Below are positions 39,702 through 53,700 of a DNA stretch of 64,000 nt, in pieces. The position numbers and the translations under genes are program-made. The DNA is taken from positions 124,001 through 188,000 of the forward strand of contig MNCI01000651.1 in NCBI GenBank assembly GCA_015680685.1, in the 5' to 3' direction. Origin of the DNA: Gnetum montanum (Eukaryota > Plantae > Gnetophyta). The notes beneath the pieces were generated by a model. The model did not search any database and was not told the DNA's origin. It was given only the letters and a program-made list of their open reading frames with translations. Every line of letters begins with the position of its first letter. Within the stretch, counting starts at the first letter, position 1.

Positions 39702-42700
39702 TCAACTACATGTAGTATGATTTAGATAGGAATGATTGACTAGATTGGTTAGCTCATTTTCATCCATGTTGGCTATTTTGACTACACTATTTCCATAGGC
39801 TCTAGTGACAAGGAAGGACCCTTCCCAATTGGCTAAGAATTTGTCTACATTCCAATGGATGGCCTTGAGGACTAAGTCATCCTCCTTGATCTTGTGCATG
39901 ATCAAGTCATGGCAATGCTACTAGTTCTTTCTCTTTTGATAGTGCTCAATGTGAGTAAGCACTTGCAAACACCACTCCACCAAATCTAGGGCTACACTCT
40001 ACAAATCCATGTTCTGCTCATCATTGATGAAGTTGGTCAAGGCTACTCAGAGCGATGGCACCTATAATTCAAGAGGTAAGAAAAATTTAGAACCATAAAC
40101 AAGACTATAAGGGATCATGCCAGTTACCCTATGATAGCTTGTTCTATATGCCCATAGTGCATGGACAAATTGCTCATGCCACTTATGCTTACTATTGTTA
40201 AGCATCTTCTTGAGCAAGTTGATGATGGCCTTGTTGCTTGCTTTTTCTTGTCCACTGGGTTGAGGGTAATAGGGTGATGAGAAAAAAATTCTTGATACCT
40301 AGGTTGTAACAAAAGTCTCTCATTTTATGGCTACTAAATTTTGTCCATTTTTTAAACTATGGTCTTGGGTATGCTAAAATAGGCTACAATGTTATCTAGG
40401 ATAAATTTGTAGACTTGCTCAAATGTAGTCTTCCTTAGGGATATAGCCTCAACCCATTTTCCAAAGTATTTAGTTATAGTGATGATCAAGTTGTGCCTTG
40501 CAAAAGACTTAGGCATTATGGGCCCAATGATATTCAACTCCCATTATTGAAATAGCCATGTTATTTGAGTGGTATGTAACTTAGTTGGTGATACATGTAT
40601 AAAGTTGCTATATCATTGGCATTTGTCACATTGCTTAACCTTTTGTAAGAAGTCATTTTCTATATGGGACCAATAGTAGCCTAACCATATAATCTTAGTG
40701 GTCATATCTCTAGGTTATATATGTCCTTCACATACAACCTTATGAACCTCGTCTAGGACTATTATAGCTTTGGTTTTACACAAGAACTTTAAGAGTATGC
40801 CATCATAGGATTATCAACATAATGTGTTATTGCTTATAATGACATACTACTTTGATTTCTTGCATATGCTATCCTTTTGAGTAGTATTCAAGCTTTGTGA
40901 GGATTTTCCATGCATAAGGTAAAATTTGATGTCATCATACCACTCATTGGGAGAAGCATTATCAAAAATGGCTAGAAAGGTATCTTTAGTGTTTTGTGTG
41001 ATGGGAGTAGCACAATCCATAGTTAAGGTGGGTAACTTGCTAAACACATCTAGCATCACACTAAGGGTTAATGTTGCAATTGCACTAGCTACAACATTTT
41101 CATTTTGAGGCATGTGTTTGATGTCAATGTTTGTGAATTGTTGTAACAACTGCTTTCCTAGGTCACAGTAAGGTTGTAAGTGCTTATCTTTGCATGCATA
41201 GACTTTGGTTACTTTCTTAGCCATGAGTTGTAAATTCCCTTTAATCTTTAAATGTTTAATTCCTAGGTCTTGAGCTACCATCATTCCTCTAATCAAGCCT
41301 TCATACTCTGCTATGTTATTGGTAGATGAAAACTCAAAACGATAGGCAAAGGATCAACTTTCATAAGATGGGAATGTTATCATGGTAGTGGCACTAGCCC
41401 CATCGATAGTTGAAGCTCTATCAAAGTACATGACTACCTCATAGCCCTTCGACACTTGGCTAATAGTGTTAATGTGTTCATTAAGGAACTCAGGATCTAT
41501 GGCTGCTTGGTCATTAACAAGTGAAAATGTAAGTTGCACTACTATAGCTTGACCTTTTGTTGAGGATTGAGAGATGTAATAAAAATCAAATTTTGTCATT
41601 ATGGCTTTCCATTGGGACATACGGCTACTTTGGTAGATGTTATTAATTATGAATCTAGGTATGTTATCCTTGCAAATCAAATTGACTTGGCTCCTAAAGA
41701 GGTACTGTCTCCATTTCTTAAATGAGAATACTATTGTTAAACAATACTTTTTCACTTCAATGTATCAAGTATCAGGGCAACTAATGTGTGGCTAAGATAG
41801 TATATGGCTAAGTAGTTGTGTTAATTCTCACTTAAGGTTTTTAAAGGCCTTTTCGCATTGATCTATACACTCATAGTGAACTCCTTTTTTCAGCAAGTGT
41901 TGTATGGATTGTAACTTATCTATAAGGCTATTGATAAAGCTATGAACAAACTGTAATATTCCTTGTAATCCTTGAAGCTCTTTAATGTTGGTAGTATTGC
42001 TAATTTGGATATGGCCTTAACTTGATCAATGCATATCCTTGATTTGGAGACTAGAAAGCCAAGAATCTTACTAATCTTGACACCAAAGATACACTTCTTA
42101 GGATTAAGCCTAAGTGCATATTTGAGGCATCATTTAAGTAAAATATCTAGGTCATTAGCATGGTCATTGGCCATCTTGGAGTTAATGGCTATGTCATCTA
42201 CATAATCATTAAGCAAACCTAGCATGTAATCATGATATATATAGGTCATAGCTCTCTAGTATGTCACTATGATGTTCTTAAGGCCAAAGGACATTATGGT
42301 ATAAAAAAAGGTACCCCATGGGATCATGAAGGTTACACTAAGTTGGTTCTCTAGTTTGATTGTAATTTGGTTACATCCTAAGAATCCATCCATAAAGGAC
42401 AACAAGGCATGTCTGGATATAGTATTAATAAGTTGACCAATACTAGGAAAAGGGAAGTCATCCTTAATAGTCACTTTATTTAGGTCTCAAAAATCAATGC
42501 AAATATGGATAATCCTATTTTTCTAAGGGAATACAACAATGTTGGATACCAATTCTATGTAATCAACAACCCTAATAAACCCTACTTGATAAAGCTTTGA
42601 GATCTTATCATGAATTTCCAAGGCCAAATCAAGTCTAATTTTGTTCATTTTTTGCTTAACTAGTCTAATGCTAGGGTCTAGTATGATGTTGTGCTGGACT

Positions 42701-43077
42701 AGACATGGGTCTAAGCCTAGCATGTTTTCATATGACCAGGCAAAGGCTTTAATGTTGCTTTGTAAGATCTTAGTGATGTCTTAAGCATATTGAGGCTCTA
42801 GTGAGGAACTTAGTTTAACGGTTTTCTCCTCACCATTATGTCTTGTGATAGAAACCTCAACTAGAGAGTCTTCAGTTACATCACCCACTTCTAAGTCAAG
42901 GTCTGTGACTAGGCTTTTAGGCCATTTTAGAGGTTTTGGTATTGCGGCTTTGTGATCTACAAGATACTCAGGCTCAAGATCTAGGTAATCAGGGTTGATA
43001 CACCATTCAACATCATCATGAGGTTCATGTAGATACAAAGGAAAACTGATTTTCTCCTAAGTAATCATACTTTGATC
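39702..43077 (-). pseudogene. pol: pol remnant (RT-RH-aRH-INT) of element W
   Basis: MLGLDPCLVQHNI, DDFPFPSI, LSFMDGFLGCNQI, YVDDI, VMYFDRAS/TNNIAEYE (archaeal-type RH), IIGPI..KWVEAI, KFLANWEGSF. Starts after the acceptor catgcag|GA. Confidence 0.92.
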
Positions 43078-43699
43078 CTGCATGTTAACAAAAACCATAT
43101 TAAATGGCACCTAGGTGTAAGTAAATAAATAATGTTAAAATTCTATAAAACACATGCAAATCTAATGCAATTAAGGCAATCCAAGGTCATCAATGAGGTA
43201 AGGAAAATTTAGCAAAGTGCAACAGAGGTGAACAAAGGTTAAATAAAGTTCAAGAAAGAAGAAACATAAGAAATAAGTCTACCAATGATTAATAAAGGCC
43301 ACAATTTTGCTAGTTTTAGGCCTTAGTAGGCCATGGTCATATGGTGTCAAACAATGGTCAAGGAAGGCCAAACACAACTATTTGATACCTTTCAAAGGAG
43401 AAAAAAGATAAATAATGTTGTAATAAGGCAAAAAAAAAATCATATAAGGTTGTATAAAGGTCATAGAAGGTCAACAAGGTGAACGATGTAACATAAGTTA
43501 AAAAAATAAACCAAAATGCTATGTAATAAGGCAAAAATTAGGAAAAACAAAAGCCAAATATGGTAAAATCTAGCTAGTATAGGTTAAAAACGGTTAGGTT
43601 TTGTGAGTTTTAGGCCTTAGTGGGCAATGTTTTGAGGCTATAAAGTTATTACATGAGTTTGGACATTAATTAGGGCTATTTCTGGGATATTTAGACCTA

Positions 43700-46600
43700 A
43701 AAATCAAGTGTTTTGAGGCTTCCATGCTAACCTCAGCATGGAAACGAGGACCCTTAGTATGGAAACCAAGGAAAATAGATTTTGGGGTGCTCAAAGGTAC
43801 AAAATTAAGGTTCAAGGACCTTTCCAAGGTAGCATAGGTTAGATCCATTAGAATTGGACTCTTTAGAGGTCTGTAAAGGCCAAAAAGTAGGTTTTAGAGC
43901 CTTTCCCCATGTTTCTATCCTATCTAGTGTGGAATAAATAAGGCTTAGTGTGGAAAATCAAAATTCAATAAAAAATAAGATAAAAAATGGTCAAAAAAGT
44001 AGTCAACACCTAGATTTGAAGGTTTTGCATCCTCTAGCTTTATTTTGAAGTAGCTTGAGTTTATTTTGAGTGTCAAAACATGTCAAAATGGATTCCCCCC
44101 TTGTTCCATGATGACCATAGTATTCTCAACATGGGAAAATAGGGGAACACTTTTTTATGAATTTAGAGTGATTTAGGAGCACTTTAATTAGGTTTCTAGG
44201 CCCTTAGACTTGTAGACATTGATTCTGCAAGCTTTTGGCTGATTTTGAGCATGTTTGATGGCTATTTAAAGGGACTAAAGTTATTCCTCCTTGTTTCCAT
44301 GCTAGGAGAGTTACTCCAACATGGAAGAATATAGGGAATGAATCTTGAAGGTTGAAATAAGGTCAAAAAACCAAAATCTTGAGGCTATGAGGTCTTGGGC
44401 TTCTCCAGTGTAGATCTTTGGCTTCTAGGATTGTCATCTTACCACCAGAAGTGGAAAAGTAGCTTTTTTGCTTTGTTTTTATATGAGGGATGTTAATCTA
44501 GCATGAAAGAAGTAAGAATCCTAGATCCAGGCCAATTTAGATCATAATTGATCATGCATGTTACCTTCTAAAGTCACCAGGGCCAAGGGCTATGGATCCA
44601 TGTCAAAATTCAATAGTTTTGAGCATCCCTAAGTGGTTTTTTAGCATTTTAACTTTTTCCACATTGAGGATGAGAATATTATATTGGAAAACTAGGGGAA
44701 AGCACTTTGTGATCACTAGGGATTAGTTTTGTAAAGTTTAATGGCTCCAATAACTGCTACCAAGGTTCTAGAGTGCATGAGAGGTCATTTAATGTCAATT
44801 TTAGGTGTTTACAGGTCCTAAACAAGCTTCCCCTTAAGTTTCCATGCTAGGGATACCCTCCTCAATGTGGAAAAGGGATTCCCAATATGGAAGAATTAGG
44901 CATGTTAGATCTAAGCCAATTTTCATCTCAATCGACTATGCATGTTAGCCTCTAGGCATACCAGGGTCAAGGACTAGGGTTTCATGTCAAGTTTTGATAA
45001 TTTTGGGTATTTATAAGCATTTTTTGTCTTTCCCCAATTTTTTCATGTTTGGAATATTATGCTCAACATGGAAAACTAGGGGAAATCATTTTTTTTCCTT
45101 TTGACATTAGTTTCTTGAAGTTTGAAGGATCCAAAGGATGTCAACAAGATCCTATACCACATGCAAGTTTAGTTAATGTTGTTCTAAGTATTTATGAATC
45201 CAAAATGAGTCTCTCCTTTAATTTCCATATGAGGCTACATGGAGCAAAGGATCCCTAGCATGGAAGCATCATAGAACTTAGATCTAGCCTAGTTTTAACT
45301 TTAATCAACCATGCATGTGTGCTTCTAGGGCTGCAAGGCTGAAGACTAGGGTTTGGAGTGAAAACTAGTTAATTTGTAGGTTTTCCAAGTGGATTTTGAG
45401 CTTCCCCTATTTTCCACATTAGGGATAGTATGATTTGTGTGGAAAAATATGGGGAAATATCTTTTTTCTTTTTTGCATCATTTTTGGTCATGCATGTGGG
45501 TCCCTAAGATTGCTAGTGACAATTATCAATACTTGGTGTTAAAATTTTGTTGTTTTGAAGGTTGATAAGTGGTTTTTGATTTTTCCCCTTTTTTCTATGC
45601 TAGGGATTTCATGCTTAGCATGGAAAATTATGGGGAAAAAATCTCTTTTGCCATTTGTGATCACTTTCGATCATGCATGTAGGCTTCTAAGGTTCCTAGC
45701 ATTGATTGCTAATACTTGAGGTTAAATTTTGGTTGTTTCAAGAATAATTAGGTAAATTTTAAGCTTTCCCCAATTTTTTCATGCTGGGGATATTATTCTC
45801 AGTGTGGAAAATTATGGAGAAGGGATTTTTATCCTTTTAAGGTCAATCTAGCTATGCATGGGTGTCAACAGGGTTGCTAGTATTGGCCATCAATGTCTAA
45901 GGTCAAAATTCAATTTTTTTGAAGGCTGTCAGAGGGTTTTTAGGCTTCCTCCCTTCCATCTATGTTGATGGTGAAGGCTTAGCATGGAAGAGATCTCCTT
46001 CAAGTAAGAAAGTTAGATCTAGGCCAAATTGACAGCCAATCAACCTTGCATGTCATCCTCTGGGGTTACCAGTAATGATAGTTAATGCTAGGTGTCAAGA
46101 TCCACTGGTTTGAAGATTTGTAAGTGTTCCATGCAGTCTCCCCCATTTTATCCACATTGAGCTTCATGGCCCCAACGTGGATGAGAGGGGGATGACAATG
46201 TTTTACCATATTTGACCATTTTTGAGCCTTTAGAAGCTCCACAACAAGGTTTAAGGGTCACCAGGCATTAAGAAATAGTCACTAGGTAATTAATTTATGT
46301 CATTTTTGGCTTCCTCCCATCTATCCATGTTGAGGGTAAAAGGCTCAATGTAGAAGAAGCCTCCATTAGTGTGAAAAACACCAAATCCCAAATTTTGACC
46401 AATTTTGACTAGTTTTGATTAGGTTTGGTGGGGTTCCAAGGATGCTGGAGATGCTTGGAGGGGTTCTAGGTCATCTGGGATCCATTTTGGGGTCAAATTT
46501 ATGCTAGATAGATGTTCAGGGATTAAGAGGCAGTATTACCCTACCCCCGCCCTCCCTTCTTCACCCTAGGATTTTTTCCCCAACATGGAATCCTATGGTA

Positions 46601-46760
46601 TCTAGCTTCATTCATGTTTCACCCACTATTGGAAACATGGGATTGAAAAATGTAGGCTTAAATTATTACGCATAGTCACATAGTTGTATTTTAATTACTT
46701 TTCAAAATAGAAGACATGTTTCCATGCGAGCCATGGTATTCCTAGCATGGATGCATGGGG
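43700..46760. repeat. Degenerate ~185-bp-period array with inverted-repeat cores, in the PR/RT intron of W
   Basis: Recurring ttcccc..tttccatgctg/ag..(spacer)..ctcagcatggaaa..ggggaa at ~44100, 44290, 44655, 44835, 45030, 45400, 45585, 45770, 45950, 46140 and 46315. Confidence 0.75.
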
Positions 46761-48933
46761 GTTAAGGATGCCATAAGGTTTTAAGTATCAAATTAAAAAA
46801 GATCTCCATGTTGATGCAATTTTTGGTCAAAAGAGAAGATGCAGGGTGGGGCCCACAATCCAAAAATTTATAATTTTGAAAAGTGAAGTTGCTTCCCACC
46901 CAAAACCAATGTGAACTAGACTTTGCCCCCTATGCACTTTAGTGCACTTGGATTTATGGTTCACTGAATTAGTAGCTGGGGTTTTAAGTTGTGTGTTTAG
47001 GTTTTAGATGTGATTTCATTGTAAAATCTCACAAGGTTTCATCACAATTGTCATTCTACATCAATAGTACATTGGAGGAGAGCTCTAGAAGAGATTCTTA
47101 TGGCAAAAGTAAGCAAGTTATATCATGGAAGCCTCTCATCTCCCCTACAGTCAGTATAGAACATCTATTTTTCATAGATTTTCGCAAGTCTTAGCATTGA
47201 GCCTACCATGGCACCAAAACAACATGGAGGAAAGAGTAATAACCCTATGGTATAAAAGGTGGATGAATGTGCCTAGGAGCTAGAAGAAGTACCCAGGCCC
47301 ATCTCCATTTAGTCTTCCTCTATTACTGATCCAAGGTAGGTAGTTCTACCTATTTTTGCCTTCATTTTCTATGGTCTTTCTAGTTTTATTTCCCATGTGT
47401 TGCACCTAATTTTACTAGATCTACTCTAGTGGAGGAATTAACATGTAATTCTTATGAAATCCCACCTCTTTCTTTTGTTGTTTCCACATGGATCCATGGT
47501 TTTTTTGTTGCTTTAGCTTTTGTAGATTGAATTTTGAAAAAAAGGCTTTCTATTTCATGCTTTTCTCCAAAAGTTTTGTAATAGGGCCATTTTTTCAGAT
47601 CTATGCCTTAGGATTTATTAAAATTAACTTTTAACAAAAGCCTATCCCAATATTTAGGTGTAAAGTTTAATTTTCTTAAATGGTTTTGACTACTTTGACT
47701 GTCTCCATGGTTATATGAAATCCAAGTTTTTAGATTTTTGAAGTTTTGGCCTGAAAAAGCAAGCAAAGTTATCTATTTTTTCTTACAATAATGAATGCAT
47801 ATTTATGAATTTTAAATTCATGGATTTGTAGCTCTTTTTTTAGGCTTTCTAAGAGATGTTCTCATTTAATATGTAATCGTAACGATGAAGTTTTGGGTAT
47901 TTCCCTAACATTGCATAGTTAGGTTGTTCATGTTGCTTTTTGTAATTTTATGTAATTTTGGGAATTTTTGTAAGTAAACAACAAATATTTTGGCTAATTT
48001 CTTGTTATGTATGAGTAGGCTTTGGCTTCTTCTTTTCAATGGAGGTGAAATCACTCCCATTGAACCTAAAATGAATTTTTTACTAAGCATGTGTAATAAG
48101 GATGATTGTGCCATTTTTAGATTATTGTCCAAATTGATGAACTTTTCCTACATAAATAGAAAAGATTTTTTATTTTTTCTAAGCATGGATGCATAGCTTT
48201 TGATGTGGGATTTTAAATAGTTGTGAAATAACTCTGTTTAGAGCTTAAATGAATTTTTGGTGATTTTTTCACCAACCTTACATGAAAAGGGGTAAATGTT
48301 GACAACTACAATTTTGGCTAACTATTTTTCATGTTTTATGAATATATGGCTATACATTTTCAATTTTAATGATCATGGCTATAAGGTTCATAACTTCAAG
48401 ATTCTTTTCACAGTGGAATCATTGAAATTAGAGAACAAATGAATTTTTGATGAATTTTTTGGCTATGCTTGTGTGAGCAAGGAAAAATTATGGTCATAGC
48501 ACGCTACCTATTTCGAAATGGAAGTGGTTGATATGTATAACTTATGTTTTTATTTTGTTAACATGTAAAACTAATGTTTAATTTTTTTAAGAAAGATTAA
48601 AAGCTTTTCTTATTTTTAGCAAGCTTTTACTATGGATCCATGGTTTTCTCTAAGTTTATGGTGCTTTATCAAAATTTGTGCATACTTTAGATGTTTTTTT
48701 CTTCAAATTTGTTCATAACTTGCATGTTTTTTTTCTGATTTTATGCATAATTTAGATGATTTCTCTAAATTTATTCATAATTTAGACTAAGACTTACTTT
48801 TGGACTATAAAATTTTGGCTATAAAGACTATAAAATATGGTAATAATTTTTTTATGAAATTGAATAAGCTAATGTAGAGAAAAAAACATTTTAGAGCCTT
48901 TTACAGAGGCTAATTTCACCTCTCACTAAATGC

Positions 48934-50491
48934 TGAAACACCGTAGAAATTGCGAATCGGCCTCAGGCGAAGATTCATGATTCGGGCGAAGGTTCGAGAC
49001 GGAAATTCAGAAGACAGAGCAGGACAAAGAGGCGTGTAGTATCAAGTCTCCAAGTTCCTTATAGATTTCAATCTTACCATGTTTTCTTTCTTTACGCTAC
49101 ATTACGCAACATAGTGTGGTGTCACTCAGTGTAACTCTGTTTAATGTAGAAAGTAACTTACTTTGGAAATTTTGACAAATTTTAGACTTGTCGCATATTC
49201 TGCTAAGTCTTTTGTTCTAGACGAGTTTACGCTCCATTACGCAGAGTAGCGTAACGAGCTTCAAGAAAAGAAAAGTCAGAGTCAAAGGAAGCACGACAAA
49301 TTGATCTCTTCTTTTTTGCAGATTGGTCGCTTTACGCTCATTACGCTATGCAGCATTGGCAAGCATAATTTATTGTAAAGTTCATCATTTTTACACTCTA
49401 TTACGCTTCGCGGTGTGAATGAGCGTAAACAGCTTGAATCAACTACTTACATGCTTTATTGCACTCCGCCACGCAACGAAGTGTAAACAAGTGTAACATA
49501 GCGTAAAACTGGCTAAAGCAGTACTAGATACACATCTGCTATCCACACGCACAATATGCTGATGAGCGTATTGTGTGTAATCACGGAGTAGCTTTAGCGG
49601 AAGTGGTCGACAATGTACTTTGCTCCCCTTCACAAAACATGATGTGACGTGGCCAATTTCAACATAAAGTTTACCAAGTCAATGGTATTTTGAAGGTTCG
49701 GGTCACGTGTCGTCAGGGCCATGCTTTCTCCACATGTTGTTGAACTTATAAATACTCCAGTTGGTGAAGAAATAAGGAGGGGGCATCTTCAACTTTTGGC
49801 ATCATCATCTTTTAGCATAGACAGAAGACATCTTTGAGCATTGACAGCAGGAGCGATCAGTCCTTTGGTAAAAAAAATACAGTCCTCTCCATTGGCGATC
49901 GTTGGCAGCTTGAGCAGAGACTACCGAAGGCAGTGGGAACAGATCAGAGATCAAGAGATCATCTGGTGCGGTTAGCAAGATCTATCGATCAGAAATAGTT
50001 GATCGATAAAAATTCAGGCTTGACCTTCCTTGCATCCCATCTTTGGCTTATGAGGTAGATCTAACTCCATTCTATACTCCTTGTTGAATAGTTTTCTTGT
50101 CATTTTGTGTATGCTTCACACAAGATAAGCGGAGCTTTTCCATTGGAACCTTATATACAATATACTCAGTCTTTGGGTCAAAGTACAGATCTTGGAATTA
50201 CACATTTTTCTTAAATCTGATCCTTCTTGTCGTGTTGACGTTGTCATTATTCCAATTTATCTACATTGTTTTCTTCTCCTTTTGCGATTCATCGAATCAG
50301 ATCGTTCCACGGGATATCTATAATATTCATCGATTTACTGATTGAGTAAGTCCCTGTCTGATCGACAAGACTGTTCAGGGCACCACGGATTCGTTTTCTC
50401 CAGCACAGCCCTCACGTGGATCTGTGGTTAAGACTGTGTACACAAATTTTCGTTTGGTATTTTCCAACTACCGACATTTTTCATCGTTATA
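48934..50491 (+). repeat. 5' LTR of element V
   Basis: tgaaacacc...tcatcgttata; TATA ttataaata ~49747; length similar to the W LTR (~1.56 vs ~1.58 kb). Confidence 0.8.
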
Positions 50492-50497
50492 GTTTTC

Positions 50498-50514
50498 TGG
50501 CGCTAGAAGGAGGG
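50498..50514 (+). promoter_or_regulatory. PBS (tRNA-Asn) of element V
   Basis: tggcgctagaaggaggg, complementary to the plant tRNA-Asn 3' end. Confidence 0.85.
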
Positions 50515-50746
50515 CTAGATAAAGCTTCGATCCGTATTTTACGAGTAGCCCTATAAGTGATCTGTACCCGCATCTCTAAAAACATAAACATGATACCTCT
50601 AGGGAATTTTATGAAAAATCGTGTGGTGTAGATTGGTCACTGTAACGATTCCTTTGGAATCCTACAGGGTGAAAAGCCTAAACGCGATCTTCTTTGTTCG
50701 TCGCCTCTTAAATCTAGTCACTTATTGTCGTTAATCTATCTGACCA

Positions 50747-53700
50747 ATGGATTCTGCATACACAACTACAGCTGCCATGATTACCACTAAATCGGGTGCC
50801 ACATCTGTGAATCCCATCGCCATCACTAGACCAGCTTTTGCTATTATAGGACCTCAGGTACCGTCGCGTCGTTTGTTAAGATTGCAGGGCAAAGATCCCG
50901 TATTCACCGTCGTGACCCCTGAGGAATATAATTTCATCTACGTCAAGATCCAGACAAAGCTTGCTCTTAGCCAAGCTAAGATCGAAGCGAAATGAAATTT
51001 TGAGGTGATCCACAAAGGGCGTTAAGATTTCACCCCTACTGCTTACGACATTATCCCCCTAACTAAGCATTATCACGAAATCCTGATCCAACTGGTCATG
51101 GCTAAGAGTCAGGCTACGCGGTCCATGCTAGAACCTTAGAACGGGGAGAAGGAGGAAGATGAACTCGCACCCCAGTCTGAACATTCGTATCATACTCTTA
51201 GTCCCCATACGTACATAAATCCCCTATTTCCTCTCGCAGGAGAAGCCACCCACCTTAATCCAGCCATGATCGCCCAAACCCACATTCCTGTCATTCCACA
51301 GGTTGCTACGCAATCATCCATCCTGCAGGTGCAAATACCATCCCAAAATAACGTGGGGGCAGTCTCATCACCACGTGTAATCAGTATTCCATCAGTGGTA
51401 CCTGCATCCACCGCACCCTATTACATCCCCCAAGTGCAACCTCATGCCATGCCTATGACCCGCCTGACACAAAATTCGGTGCAAACCTTTTCGTTGTCAC
51501 CCCCTGTAAGGCAACCCACTATTCAGTCACAGCAATCCATTCAACCGCCTACGACTGGTCAGTGGATCCTGCCTATTTCACATAGTCAGTCCGCGTTATA
51601 TGGTGTGCAACCCTTAGCCGCACCCACTATGCATGTCTCACAATATCCTCACCATCTTTATCCTGCACATCCGGTGGCGGCCAACCTCTCTGCTCAGCCT
51701 GGTGGGTGGTCTTTTCCATAGGCAGCCCCGCCCGCGGGGGTAGCCCCCGTAGTACCACCTGTCAGCCAAGCCATCCCTCCATTTCCACTGCCTGGCACTG
51801 CCTTCTCAGTTCAACCCCCTGCTCCTCCTGCGCAAACTTCTTCATCACCAAGTCTAGACCAAGCCTTCTTACTTATTTAGACCCTTACTGAGGAAGTTAA
51901 ACGCCTTAAAGCTGCTGGCTCTGATACCATACAGATCATGGATTTCTATGAGGATGATCCCATCAGTCCAGCAGTTCCTATGCTGTTGTTTCCCCTAGGG
52001 ATGTCTCTACCTCATTTTACCAAATATAATGGGAAGGGTGATCCCAATGCCCACCTAGTCACCTTTAGGTCTGAATCCTTACTGTTACAACAGTGGCCAC
52101 ATACTATTATACGTGTCTTTGTAATGTCTCTGGTAGGTAAGGCTTTGGACTAGTATCGAGCCCTCCCTCGTTCTTCCATCTCAACCTTGGAAGAACTTCT
52201 GACACAATTTGTGACTCATTTTAAGTATAATTTAAAATCGGAGGTCACATTAGATCAACTCATGGGGGTGAAAAAAGACCCACTCGAGCTGGTCCAAAAG
52301 TTTATACAATGATGGAGTGTCACTCTTAATGAAATCCGTGAGCCTATCGCGGAGGCCCACTTGCTGGCTATCTTCAAAGGAGCTCTTAACGACTTCATCA
52401 AGTCTAAGCTGTATTACCTTGACCCTAGCTCCTTGAGTCAGGATTTTGCTCAAACTAAGAGCATCCAGGATGCTGCAGAGGCTAGCAAAGACCCAGCATA
52501 TATAGCCTATAAAAATTTTAATAATAAGGGTAAGGACAAAGGTAAAGGAACAACAATGACAGTAGCTACGCTGGCTGAAGGAGCTAAGAACAAGAACAAG
52601 AAGGCACCCGCGGCGTCCCCCGAGACCACAGCTAGTGCAAGTAGCACTGGTCAAGACACACTTGCCCCTGAAAAGCCACCCAACCAAAGCCAAACTTTGA
52701 GCATAAAGATTGCTCAAAGTATACAGCCCTACCTGTAAAACATTCGAAACTGTTGAAACAATTGTTAGGGGTAGGATACATTCAAAATAAGAAGGTATCT
52801 GAAGAAGCTCTTTAGCGTCACAGGCATCATTGTGAATTGCTGAAGAATCCTTCTTTAGCCCTGCCCAACGAACCACTAGTGCTGAGGTCTTTTAGGCTAG
52901 ACCGTTTCTATGACTACCACCAGTTGTGTGGTCATGACACAGATTACTGCTGGGCATTGAAAGACGACATTCAATGCATGATCGACGATGGTTCTCTGAA
53001 ACTAGATGGCAGTAGTCCAACCTGTCCTGAAAACCAGGCATTGCATGTGTACAAGGACTCGTTAAACACAAATAACGCACCGTACACAATCAACGTGGTA
53101 CGTACGGACAGTGAAGGAAAGGTACCGCCTAAATAGCCCTTCATTTTACGCGTACCTACTACTTCACCCCAGGGCGCAAGCTCTTCATCGGTAGCTAGCG
53201 GTGTACCGAGGCCACCCTTTGTTATCCGGGCGTCCTCACCAGCTTTAACTCAGCCTCATGCTAACAGTAAAGCTGCGACCATGTTCGCGCCTACCCCTAA
53301 GGCACCTTTCATGCTTAGGGTACCAAAACCACCAGCTGCTCCTTTTATGCAAGGGCAAGCTTCTAGCCATCACCATCAATCACCACCAAATAAAAAAAGG
53401 GAAGGAGACACATCAATCAATGCCACCAAAAACCCTACTACGCTAGGCTTCCCTAAGCCTAGGCCCTTTGCCTCTATTCCTACGCCTATGCCTTCTGGGC
53501 AAGACAAGGGTACAAAAATGTAGTCACCTCCCCTTAGTAGAAAGAAACACAACTCTCTGACTAACGCTATTCTACCTTGGGAGATTTGTATCTTAGGGCT
53601 AATGGAAGAGGACAGAGGGGATAAACAACCCAGCCGAGAGTGGGACCTCCTTGATGCATTTACGCAGGTCAAGAAGGCTCTGAAATAGAAGAACACAATG

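Noticed and set aside
47878-48933. cgtaacgatgaa as an alternative start of V's LTR (inverted match to the LTR end)
   Set aside because: The family LTR start is tgaaacacc (W 39455, V 48934); CpG content and LTR length fit 48934.
52250-52876. 208-aa minus-strand ORF
   Set aside because: Antisense shadow of gag with no recognisable motif.
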